From a virus (Duplodnaviria > Caudoviricetes), in the IMG/VR virus record IMGVR_UViG_3300037991_002153, positions 1 through 41,633 of that record: a stretch of 41,633 bases of DNA. One strand, written 5' to 3'. The notes below the pieces were generated by a model. It was given only the letters and a program-made list of their open reading frames with translations, searched no databases and was not told the DNA's origin. Positions 7,875 to 16,300 of the stretch are shown here, one piece after another. Each line of letters begins with the position of its first letter. Position 1 is the first letter of the stretch. A program made the position numbers and the translations under genes.

Positions 7875-8059
7875 AGTGTTGGCATTGTGGCACAGAATTA
7901 ATATGGGGAGGAGATTTTACTTTTGAAGACTATGGCTTGGATGGAGAAGGGATTGTATCTAACTTATCTTGCCCAAATGAATTGTGTAAAGCATATGTAG
8001 AAGTATACTTAGAACTTAAAGATGAAGAAGATAAAGACGATAATTGCGAAAAGGATTGA
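7871..8059 (+). CDS. Small Zn-ribbon protein
   Basis: MKCWHCGTELIWGGD...NLSCPNELC. Confidence 0.75.
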   Translation: MKCWHCGTELIWGGDFTFEDYGLDGEGIVSNLSCPNELCKAYVEVYLELKDEEDKDDNCEKD

Positions 8060-8258
8060 CTATGTCAAGTGCAAGATATGTGAAAGGAATACTGATTGTT
8101 CTTTGATTGATATGGATAGATGTGTGTGTTACGATTGCATTATACGATTAAGATATGATAGAGAACTGGAAGAGGAGAAGCAAGAACCATCACCAATTAG
8201 TGAAAAGGATTTTATACAACTCTTAATGATTCTCAGGGAAGGGCAAGATCCTTGTTAA
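8022..8258 (+). CDS. Small Zn-finger protein
   Basis: CKIC...CYDC. Confidence 0.55.
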   Translation: MKKIKTIIAKRIDYVKCKICERNTDCSLIDMDRCVCYDCIIRLRYDRELEEEKQEPSPISEKDFIQLLMILREGQDPC

Positions 8259-8327
8259 TTATTTCCTATGATATAACACTTTTTTTTTATAAATTTAAGA
8301 ATCGAATTGTTCAAACTGGGGTAAGTT

Positions 8328-8831
8328 ATGAAAGTCTGTTCTACTTGTAAAGTGTCAAAGCCTAAGCGAGATTTTTACAGAAACAAGTCAAAGAAAGATG
8401 GCAGACAATACTCTTGTAAGCAATGTCAAAAGAATTATCATAATAATAAATGGTATGTAGATAATAAAAAGAAAAGAGTGAAACAAGTTTACAAGACGAA
8501 ACTACATAGAAAAAGAGTCAGCTACAGAATGATTATAGAACATTACTTTTCTAAGGGTTGTGTTGATTGTGGGGAAAAGGATGTCAGGGTATTAGAATTT
8601 GATCATGTAAGGGGTACAAAACGAAGGTTTAAGAACAGGAGGGGTGAAGGTGTTGCCTATCTTGTAAGATGTGGATATGCATGGCCCTCGATTAAAAAAG
8701 AAATAGACAAGTGTGAAGTAAGATGTTGTAATTGTCATAAGCTAAAAACATTTAAACAGTTTAACTATTTAAAAGATTTACAAGATATTTATAAAGAATA
8801 TTTAGAAAGTTTGGAACAAAGTAAAAGCTAG
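8328..8831 (+). CDS. HNH endonuclease with N-terminal Zn finger
   Basis: CSTC...CKQC finger; CVDCGE...LEFDHV...CEVRCCNCH HNH core; GGGGTA RBS. Confidence 0.85.
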   Translation: MKVCSTCKVSKPKRDFYRNKSKKDGRQYSCKQCQKNYHNNKWYVDNKKKRVKQVYKTKLHRKRVSYRMIIEHYFSKGCVDCGEKDVRVLEFDHVRGTKRRFKNRRGEGVAYLVRCGYAWPSIKKEIDKCEVRCCNCHKLKTFKQFNYLKDLQDIYKEYLESLEQSKS

Positions 8832-8840
8832 TGAGTATAA
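8813..8840 (+). promoter_or_regulatory. Early/middle promoter P7 (GGAAC-N17-GTATAA)
   Basis: 7-copy motif; likely drives ORFs 8869, 9080, the structured RNA and the recombination genes. Confidence 0.8.
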
Positions 8841-8868
8841 GAGTCAATAAAACAAATAAAGGAATGAA

Positions 8869-9114
8869 ATGTTTTCAAAATTAAACGAAGTAAAAACATT
8901 AATTAGAAAAGATATAAACAATCTAGAAGATGACTGGAGTAACAATCCACAGAACGATTATTACTTTGGAGAAATATGTGGCTTAAATAGGGCATTGGGA
9001 TATATCCTTAGAGTAGAAGCTAGGGCATATACAGATCTAGATAAATGGGCTGAAACATTACAACAAGGAAAGGATAAACATGAACATAGAAATAGGAAAG
9101 ATGCAGGACATTAG
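8869..9114 (+). CDS. Hypothetical protein
   Basis: Promoter plus AAAGGA RBS. Confidence 0.7.
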   Translation: MFSKLNEVKTLIRKDINNLEDDWSNNPQNDYYFGEICGLNRALGYILRVEARAYTDLDKWAETLQQGKDKHEHRNRKDAGH

Positions 9115-9283
9115 TATACATGATGTAAGTTCTGTAGAACTTGATCAGGTATCACAAAGTTCTTCAAGTATTATGAGAGATAAATACTTTACGACCTTAA
9201 CCGTCAAGACAAAAGAAGGTCAGATAATAGATATTAGCTTATGGTCTGAACATAAAAACATCTTAAACAAAATAAGCAAATAA
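9080..9283 (+). CDS. Hypothetical protein
   Basis: AAGGA RBS. Confidence 0.7.
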   Translation: MNIEIGKMQDISIHDVSSVELDQVSQSSSSIMRDKYFTTLTVKTKEGQIIDISLWSEHKNILNKISK

Positions 9284-9287
9284 ATGA

Positions 9288-9377
9288 TTAAGGGCGAGTA
9301 CCTCATGGTCTGGTTAATTTACCTTTTTGTGCTAGACCATTCCGCAACTACAACATACCCCAAATACTCGCCCTTAA
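9288..9377 (+). ncRNA. Putative structured small RNA with anti-RBS loops
   Basis: Perfect 13-bp closing stem TTAAGGGCGAGTA/TACTCGCCCTTAA; inner 10-bp stem 9305-9314/9331-9340 with two G-U pairs (favours + strand); exposed CCTTTTTGT and AACATACCCC complementary to early-gene RBSs. Confidence 0.7.
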
Positions 9378-9394
9378 AATTTTAAAGAAATACT

Positions 9395-10123
9395 ATGATA
9401 AATATTGAAAAGATTTATAAAAACTGGTTAAAAAAGAAGAATACTTTACATTTTAAGAATCGTTATCAGGGACATGAAAAATGGTTTCATGCTTCTAGTT
9501 CTGGAATGTGTATGAGAAAACATTATTTTCAGCACGTTGCAGAGGTCAAGCCAAAAGAAGTAGATGATGATACGTTAAAGTTATTTCGCTTAGGAGATCT
9601 GGTGCATGAAGATATTCAGGGAGCCTTAACAGATTATGCATTGACTACTGGATCTCAGTTATTAATTGAACGTGAGATACAACTACCAGAGGTAAATGTC
9701 AGGGGATTTTTAGATGTATTATTGATTGATGATGGAGCGTTAGTTGATATTAAAACTTGCAATGCTTGGAAGTGGAAAATGTTGTTTGGCCGCAACCCAG
9801 ATCCTAACCCTGCCGACAACTACAATTTACAACTTGGTACATATGGATGGTGGTATGAAGAAGAATCTGGGAACAAATTAAATAAACTGTCGTTACTATA
9901 CTATAACAAAGATAATTCCAGAATGAAAGAGAAGGTAGTGTCAGTGGATTACATTGATAAAGCAAAAGAATATTGGAGAAATGTAAATAAGATTTTTAAA
10001 ACAGGTAATCCACCTATCGAACTTGGAGTTGCTCCTGTATATAAATGGGAATGTAATATAAAGTATTGCAACTTCTATCAGGTTTGTGGCGGTGGATACA
10101 AAGAGGAAGGAGTCGATTTATGA
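9395..10123 (+). CDS. Cas4/RecB-like PD-(D/E)xK exonuclease (standalone)
   Basis: CMRK, G...H, GFLDVLL...DIKT, QLGTY, C-terminal WECNIKYCNFYQVC (Fe-S cysteines). Confidence 0.88.
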   Translation: MINIEKIYKNWLKKKNTLHFKNRYQGHEKWFHASSSGMCMRKHYFQHVAEVKPKEVDDDTLKLFRLGDLVHEDIQGALTDYALTTGSQLLIEREIQLPEVNVRGFLDVLLIDDGALVDIKTCNAWKWKMLFGRNPDPNPADNYNLQLGTYGWWYEEESGNKLNKLSLLYYNKDNSRMKEKVVSVDYIDKAKEYWRNVNKIFKTGNPPIELGVAPVYKWECNIKYCNFYQVCGGGYKEEGVDL

Positions 10124-10530
10124 GCGACAATAAAAAACCCGATTGGGACAAGATAACTGAAGGTAAGATAAGGCATGGTGTAGCCGTTGCCTTCATAGAG
10201 AAAGGACATGAACTAACACCAGATAACATGAAAACTATGGAGAAGTGGGTGCAGTTTATTATACATGGTTATCATGGTATCAAGGAAGCCTTAGATAAAA
10301 ACAATGTTGTAAAAGAAGAAAAACTTCTTAAGAAGATTGTTGATAAGTTTGATGGGGAGATCATTAAACAGACTGATGAAGAGTATATCAAAGAGCAGAT
10401 AGAAAAGAGTGTCGTTGGTCTTAAGGCTCAGGATAAAAACAAGGTTCTGTATCAGTTAAAGAATGGTGCAATTACACTTGATAACCTTCAGGCTTGTCTT
10501 GATAGAATTGAAGTGATGCAATCTAGATAA
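10120..10530 (+). CDS. Hypothetical protein of the recombination module (start revised to 10120, MSDNKKPDW...)
   Basis: AAGGAG RBS and ATGA overlap with the Cas4-like gene. Confidence 0.7.
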   Translation: MSDNKKPDWDKITEGKIRHGVAVAFIEKGHELTPDNMKTMEKWVQFIIHGYHGIKEALDKNNVVKEEKLLKKIVDKFDGEIIKQTDEEYIKEQIEKSVVGLKAQDKNKVLYQLKNGAITLDNLQACLDRIEVMQSR

Positions 10531-10533
10531 TTA

Positions 10534-11004
10534 ATGTCTGATTACGGGAACGCTTACTATCCATCCGATTTGGATGCAGGAAGAGTATCTATACCTAAGG
10601 GGCGATACACCGCATCTATCGTCAGTTTAGAGATCAATAAGAATGTGCGATTTGGTTCTTTCCTGTGTGATGTGTTTAAACCAGAATACCTTATTGATAC
10701 TTTTGAACATCCTGAATACGAAGGTGCTGTTGTCAAAGACAATGGCATCTTCAGGTATAAGAAGGTTGATGACTGCGAGTATAGTCCTCAGAAAAACTGG
10801 GGGTTTGCAAAGTTTTTATCTATTATGAAGATACCAAAGCTAAATGGTCAGCTACCATTTCTAAAACATAAAGATGTTGAGAATGCAAAGGTATTAATTG
10901 ATGTATATATGAAAACATTTTTTAATGACCTAGACTCTGAAGTTCGCTATCCTGTTGCTAGGGTGATACAATTATTAGAAAAGAAAATAGATGTACCGTT
11001 TTAA
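10534..11004 (+). CDS. Putative ssDNA-binding protein (DUF669-like OB fold)
   Basis: IPKGRYTASIVSLE N-terminal motif; SSB-type C-terminal tail IDVPF; context next to exonuclease. Confidence 0.6.
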   Translation: MSDYGNAYYPSDLDAGRVSIPKGRYTASIVSLEINKNVRFGSFLCDVFKPEYLIDTFEHPEYEGAVVKDNGIFRYKKVDDCEYSPQKNWGFAKFLSIMKIPKLNGQLPFLKHKDVENAKVLIDVYMKTFFNDLDSEVRYPVARVIQLLEKKIDVPF

Positions 11005-11492
11005 TGGATCTCGATATTAACACAAAGAAAGGACAGGTTTCATTGCAGTATGAGAAACTAATGATAGATAGGATAAACAGTTCTATTTGTAGAAAACATA
11101 GTAAGAACTCCAGATTAATTGAGACTGATAAACATATGGATGCTAAGGTAGATGGTATTATTATTAAGAACAATCAGGTGTCTGGTGTGTTTGAATCTAA
11201 ATGTAGAAACCTTAGCCTAATGGAACTAAGAGAATTTGGATCTTGGTTAATTACCTACGAAAAACTAATGGATGGTAAAAGAATATCCACTATGTTAAGG
11301 GCCCCGTTTGTAGGGTTTTTATATTTAATTAAAGACGACATTATCATGTATTGGAAGATCACAGATAAATATGGGAACTTTTTATTTGATTATGACGTAA
11401 AAGAAACAAGAACACAAAGAACAATAAATGGTGGGAGTGTGGTAAGAAAGAATGCATTCCTACCTGTAAAACATGGGAATGAATTGATATGA
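11004..11492 (+). CDS. PD-(D/E)xK restriction-endonuclease-fold protein
   Basis: YE...KVDGII...VFESKCR motif. Confidence 0.6.
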   Translation: MDLDINTKKGQVSLQYEKLMIDRINSSICRKHSKNSRLIETDKHMDAKVDGIIIKNNQVSGVFESKCRNLSLMELREFGSWLITYEKLMDGKRISTMLRAPFVGFLYLIKDDIIMYWKITDKYGNFLFDYDVKETRTQRTINGGSVVRKNAFLPVKHGNELI

Positions 11493-11692
11493 CAAAAGCC
11501 ATATGCACCGCAACAATAAAAATGAATACCAAAGAACTACTAAAATGTATCAATGCTTTAGATTATTTTATTAATCGTTTTACGAATGAGATGACTCCAG
11601 ATAATTATGAGGGGTATCAAAAGATTTTAAAAGATTGTAAAGTTATTTATAAACAAATGTTGGCAAAGGAGGATACTGCGGATAGTGAATAG
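11489..11692 (+). CDS. Hypothetical protein
   Basis: ATGA overlap; operonic. Confidence 0.6.
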   Translation: MTKAICTATIKMNTKELLKCINALDYFINRFTNEMTPDNYEGYQKILKDCKVIYKQMLAKEDTADSE

Positions 11693-11849
11693 AAAATATT
11701 ACAGAGAAGGGATGAGAGATAAAGTAATTTACAAATATGAATGTATGAAGTGTAACTTCAATCATGTCTCAGATAGTAGATCACTTTACATGAATTGTCC
11801 AAGATGTAGAATTAAATATGTAAAATCTAAAATGCAACTTGCCTTATGA
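11685..11849 (+). CDS. 54-aa Zn-ribbon protein
   Basis: GTG start; YKYECMKCN...NCPRCR; ATGA overlap with the next gene; below the ORF-track cutoff. Confidence 0.6.
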   Translation: MNRKYYREGMRDKVIYKYECMKCNFNHVSDSRSLYMNCPRCRIKYVKSKMQLAL

Positions 11850-12181
11850 AGAATCCTAAAAACGTAAGAAGAGGTAAACGAAATAGACAAAGAGGTGCTG
11901 AACTACAAAGACAAGCTGTCAGGATGGCCAAAGACTTTGGACTTGAAGCATACAATCGTGATAGAGGTGGAGCACAACACGAACAAGGAGATATTGAGAT
12001 AGAGGGTCGCTACTATGGATGCAAAAGAAGAACTTCCATAGCAAAGTGGGTTAAGCCAGAGAAAAGTGAAGATGGTGTTGTTATCAGGGAAGACAGAGGT
12101 AAACCTTACATTGTTCTTGATTATGAATTTTTTATAAACTTACTATCAATTATGAAAGAGTTTAAAGATGCCGTCAAATGA
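11846..12181 (+). CDS. Hjc-like Holliday junction resolvase-fold protein
   Basis: RRGKRNRQRGAELQR...GDIEIEG...GCKRR...VVIREDRGKPYIVL; catalytic acidic residues appear altered. Confidence 0.65.
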   Translation: MKNPKNVRRGKRNRQRGAELQRQAVRMAKDFGLEAYNRDRGGAQHEQGDIEIEGRYYGCKRRTSIAKWVKPEKSEDGVVIREDRGKPYIVLDYEFFINLLSIMKEFKDAVK

Positions 12182-12347
12182 TAAACAGTTAAGCATTAGA
12201 GAAGTCATTAGGATTTACAAAAAACTTCTTAAAGAAGAAAAGATAAGCCAGTTTGGTTCGGGATACAGAAGAATGCGAACCTTAGAAACTATCTTAAGAG
12301 AAAACAAAACGTGGGCTAGGTATGAAAAACATAACACAAGAATGTGA
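12168..12347 (+). CDS. 59-aa hypothetical protein
   Basis: Open frame MPSNDKQLSIREVIRIYKKLL...; fills the gap between genes. Confidence 0.55.
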   Translation: MPSNDKQLSIREVIRIYKKLLKEEKISQFGSGYRRMRTLETILRENKTWARYEKHNTRM

Positions 12348-12409
12348 GATGACAAACAAAACCGTTGGCTGGTTAGTTCATCTTAGCCCACAAAAATAAG
12401 GAGATCAGA

Positions 12410-12622
12410 ATGCCTGATTTTAAAGTAAAAGACCAGAGCTTCAAGCTCTGGAAAAATAAGTACAAGAAAGATGGAGACAAAAAACCTGATTATACTGGTA
12501 ACGGTATGTTCAATGGCTCCACTAAAGATGTTGCTCTTTGGATCAACAAAGATAAAAATGGCAACAGATACTTGTCAGGACAAATAAACGAGCCTAAATC
12601 AAAGGATGAGAGTCCTTTTTAG
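12410..12622 (+). CDS. Small DUF736-like ssDNA-binding protein
   Basis: LWKN...KKPDYTG...VALWINKDKNGNRYLSGQI; acidic tail DESPF; TAAGGAG RBS. Confidence 0.7.
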   Translation: MPDFKVKDQSFKLWKNKYKKDGDKKPDYTGNGMFNGSTKDVALWINKDKNGNRYLSGQINEPKSKDESPF

Positions 12623-12644
12623 AGCAAAACATGACTCCATGTAA

Positions 12645-12674
12645 AATAACGGGCCTACGGGCCCGTTATTCTTT
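12645..12674 (+). terminator. Terminator/stem-loop with cUACGg tetraloop
   Basis: AATAACGGGCC-TACG-GGCCCGTTATT (11 bp) followed by CTTT. Confidence 0.8.
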
Positions 12675-12756
12675 ATAAAATATTTAAGCGATACTTATAT
12701 CAAAAAATAAATAATATGGCTGTAAACGGTAAATTAGAAGGGGTTTTTTTCAGTAG

Positions 12757-13011
12757 ATGTTTGAAATTTGTAGCAAGACAGATAAAGCCTGTGGTTTTTG
12801 TGGTAAATCATATTACAATCCTATCATTAGTAAAAATGATGACAAGGAAAAAGAATTTTGTGGAATCGCTGGTAGTTTTGATACTCGTGTTTCGTCACTT
12901 CCTGAATGTTGGTTGAAGATGAGCAAGTCACAAAAGAGTACTTACACAAAGAAAAAGAAAGAAGAGTTACTTAAAATTAAATTTAGGAGTAGTAATGGAT
13001 ATAATGGATGA
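12757..13011 (+). CDS. Cys-rich hypothetical protein
   Basis: CSKTDKACGFC...FCG...CW. Confidence 0.6.
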   Translation: MFEICSKTDKACGFCGKSYYNPIISKNDDKEKEFCGIAGSFDTRVSSLPECWLKMSKSQKSTYTKKKKEELLKIKFRSSNGYNG

Positions 13012-13357
13012 TTTTCCAGATGACTTTGGAAATGAGAAACCAAACATATATTATAAATGTTCTGATGAAGATTGTAATCATACAAGAGTAGTGCATGATT
13101 ATTATCATATGGTATGTACTTTACACGATGGCTACTATCCTTTGATGACTCTTGATGGTAAAGATAAAAACAAAGAGATATATACAGAGGAAGATTATTT
13201 ACCAGAAGAGCAGAGAAGGGAGATACTTAGTATTATTACAAAGTCTTTTACTAAAAAACTAAGTGGTGATAAATATTTTAGAACGCTAGGTGATTTCTGG
13301 AAAAAGAATGGGTTTCAGGAATATGCAGATGAAGCTTATGGTTATATTAAGGATTAG
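12995..13357 (+). CDS. Hypothetical protein (last gene of the + arm)
   Basis: AGGAG RBS; C..C...C..H residues; overlaps the convergent gene by 11 bp. Confidence 0.65.
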   Translation: MDIMDDFPDDFGNEKPNIYYKCSDEDCNHTRVVHDYYHMVCTLHDGYYPLMTLDGKDKNKEIYTEEDYLPEEQRREILSIITKSFTKKLSGDKYFRTLGDFWKKNGFQEYADEAYGYIKD

Positions 13358-16300
13358 GCCTTCTTATATTTTCTTGTCTTTTCTTTATTCTATTTATAAT
13401 TCTGTTTGTAATTGAATCAGCATCATAATCATCATACATTATAGGGTTTTCTGATCCATAGGTTCTGTTGTAATCATTGATTAATCTTACAGCTTTCTCA
13501 CTGTTGCCATCAATGATCGCATCTTTAATATCTCCTAATCTTAATTGCTTAATTCTTTTTACATAAGCTGCTCTTTGGCCCATAGGCTCAAACCTTTCCA
13601 AGAATCTCCTTGGCACTGTTCCTAATACAGGAGCAATATATTTAGGTATCCTTTTTGCAGTCCCTATTCCATAGTCCTTTGTATCTTCTATGGTTCGAGT
13701 CATAGCACTCCATATCTTATCAAAGTCTTGAACTATTGCTGGTTTAAAAGCAAATTCTATAGCTCTTATTTTATTTTCATTAGCAACAATATCTCCTATG
13801 ACACCAAAAGCACCAACAGATGCAAATCTATCTACATAATCGTCTATTGTAAACTCAGACATTTCTACAAACTGATCTGAACCTACTGATGATAACTTCG
13901 TTCCTTTTAATAAATAGGGAAACATATACCTATTGGTATCATATACTTCATTGCCGGCTATCCATTCAGCAAGTGCATCTCTAGCGTACCCAACAAATTC
14001 ACCTCCTGCCATCCCTGCTAAACCCAACCTTAACATAGGAAATAGATTACCACGAGAAACCTCAGTGGTCAATTGCTCTCTTATCCAATTAAATTGTTTG
14101 TAGCCAAACTTTTTAAATAAAAAGAAAGGTCGCCATCTGGGGTCTAAAGAAACCAAAGGTTCTGTTAATACATTTCTTTGTAACTGACTGTCTCTAGAAA
14201 ATCTATACATAGCTTCGTAAAGTTGGCGTTGACTAGGTGTCTTTGTATGATCAGCAAATCCTAATTCATTTAAAGTTTTAATCGCCCACTGTCTTCTGTT
14301 TATTCTGGCTCCACCTAATAATTGAGGCAACTTAATACCTGTATCTAGTAATGCACTTTTACCATTAGCCGTTTTTCTTAAAGCTAATATCCACTCTCTA
14401 GCTGCAGCAGCAGATATTAATTGATTAAACTCATTTATTCTTTGAAACTGAGAAACCCTCGTAGAAAGGTCTGCAAACTTACCCATAAACCTATCAGAAG
14501 GTTCTAAATTAGAAATCATTTGAAACACAGATAAATTAGATACCCCTGATTTTCTTATTGCATCTCTATATCTTAACCCTGTCTTAGCATCTACAACAGG
14601 ATTCAGAGAAAGATTATAAGTTGCTTGAGCTAAAGGCTTATACCCAGTTCTAATTGCAGTTGAAATAAAAGTTTGTGTTATATTGGGTATAGTAGCAAAA
14701 CCTAAACCTATCTTTGTACCAATCTGAAAATCAACAATATCACCCCAAAACTTTTTTGCCGCTGAAGATTTCCAATTATAGCTTGGATTAGTTTCTATAT
14801 CGTTGGTTGCTGCAGAAAATAATTGCTTTAAAAGTTTGCTAGAATTATTTAATTGAGTTGACAATTTTAAATCATTAGCTTTGAATGCATCTTTAGCTGA
14901 TGTATGTAAAGCATTAATACGACTTGTAATTCGTTCTCCATTTGCACCAAGAGTTTCAGTATAAGCTATCCTATTTGCAGCTTGTTTAGCGTATCTAGTT
15001 AAAACTAATCTAGTATCTCTTTCCATAAATTCTTTTGGTATTTCAACACCTTTTCTTGCAAACTCTAAATTTTTAGCAGTGTTATTATATTGAGAAGTTA
15101 TATTTTGACTAAGATCATAAAAGGCTCTTGCCATTTTTTTATTGTTCTTTGCAATTTCTGCTGGAGTTCTTGGTGTTACTTTTGGGTCAACCTTTGCTAA
15201 CTTTTGTAAAGTTTTTACAGTAGCAGGATCAAATTGATTTGTTTCTATAAAAATGTTTATAAGTTTTTGAAAGTCTTTATTATTAGGTAAATTTATATTA
15301 TAAGTTAGATCACCATTATTTTTTGAAACTTTTGCTATGTCTTTACTAAATATAGCAAGAAACTCTGGTTTTATCATGTGTGGAAAATAATATTGCTCTC
15401 TAGGCCCAAGGTCAATTCCTCCAGCTTTTTGAGATAAATCCCATATGTAATTCATCACCTTTCTAATCTCTTGAACTTTTTTAAAGTCAGGTAAGTCTTT
15501 ATTTTTTATGGAAGCGTATCTTGGATCTTCTAATTTATCTGCTAAAGATTTATTATAATCTAATAACTTTTTTGTTTTAAAAATACCTCCTTTAAAAACA
15601 CCGGCACTTCTAAATTGTTGAATAAAATCTCCAGTTAATGTCAACTCTCTTGCATTAAAACGGTCAAAGTCCTGAAAAGATAATTGCTCTAATTGAGTCG
15701 TAGCTCTATTTTTAGTTTGTCTCCAAAATTTTGGTAAGTTTGGAAACACTTGATCTAAAAATCTTTTTTTAGGTAATAAACTTCCTTCCCACCCTGCTTT
15801 TTCTAGTTGAGTACTAAAGTCAACAACTCTTTTTTCATGCCTCATTTCATTTAAAAGTTTTAGCCTTTCAACTCCATTAAGAGAGTTTAATGAATATTTG
15901 TTTTTAACATTTGCAGAAGGGGTTTGCAATCTTGATGAATCAATATATTCATTAAATCTTTTTTGATCTATATTAAGTTCTTTTCTTATGTTGTTAATTT
16001 GATTGTTTCTACTTATAGCCAAACCTTTTTCTGTCTTCGCTTTACTTTTTCTTCTAAAAAGTAATTGATCAAATTGATCATAATTTAACTCGTCTGTTTT
16101 TCTTGTTTCTTTATTTCTTAACTTTACAGTTTGTTTTTTTTCATTTATAGAAATCCTATCAAATTCAGTTCCATATCTATCAGTAAAAACCTCTTTAGAC
16201 TCTATTATATTTCTTCCGCTCTTTTGATGAAATTCTTTATTAGTACCCTCCATAATATATCTAGCTGTTGTTTCAGCATCCATAGCATTTTCATACTGCT

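Noticed and set aside
9341-9350. sRNA segment TCCGCAACTA pairing with TAGTTTGCGG (1914-1923) or with coding sequence near 5910
   Set aside because: Needs a bulge or is only 8 nt; cannot be distinguished from chance by eye
9288-9377. tRNA or simple terminator
   Set aside because: No cloverleaf, T-loop or CCA; the enclosed region is 64 nt with an inner hairpin and no adjacent U-tract
9395-10123. Cas4-like gene as part of a CRISPR-Cas system
   Set aside because: No cas1/cas2 or repeat-spacer array; context is a phage recombination module
10014-12916. ORFs 10014-10229, 10557-10748, 10643-10828, 10958-11173, 11359-11553, 12716-12916
   Set aside because: Antisense or alternate-frame overlaps of better-supported genes
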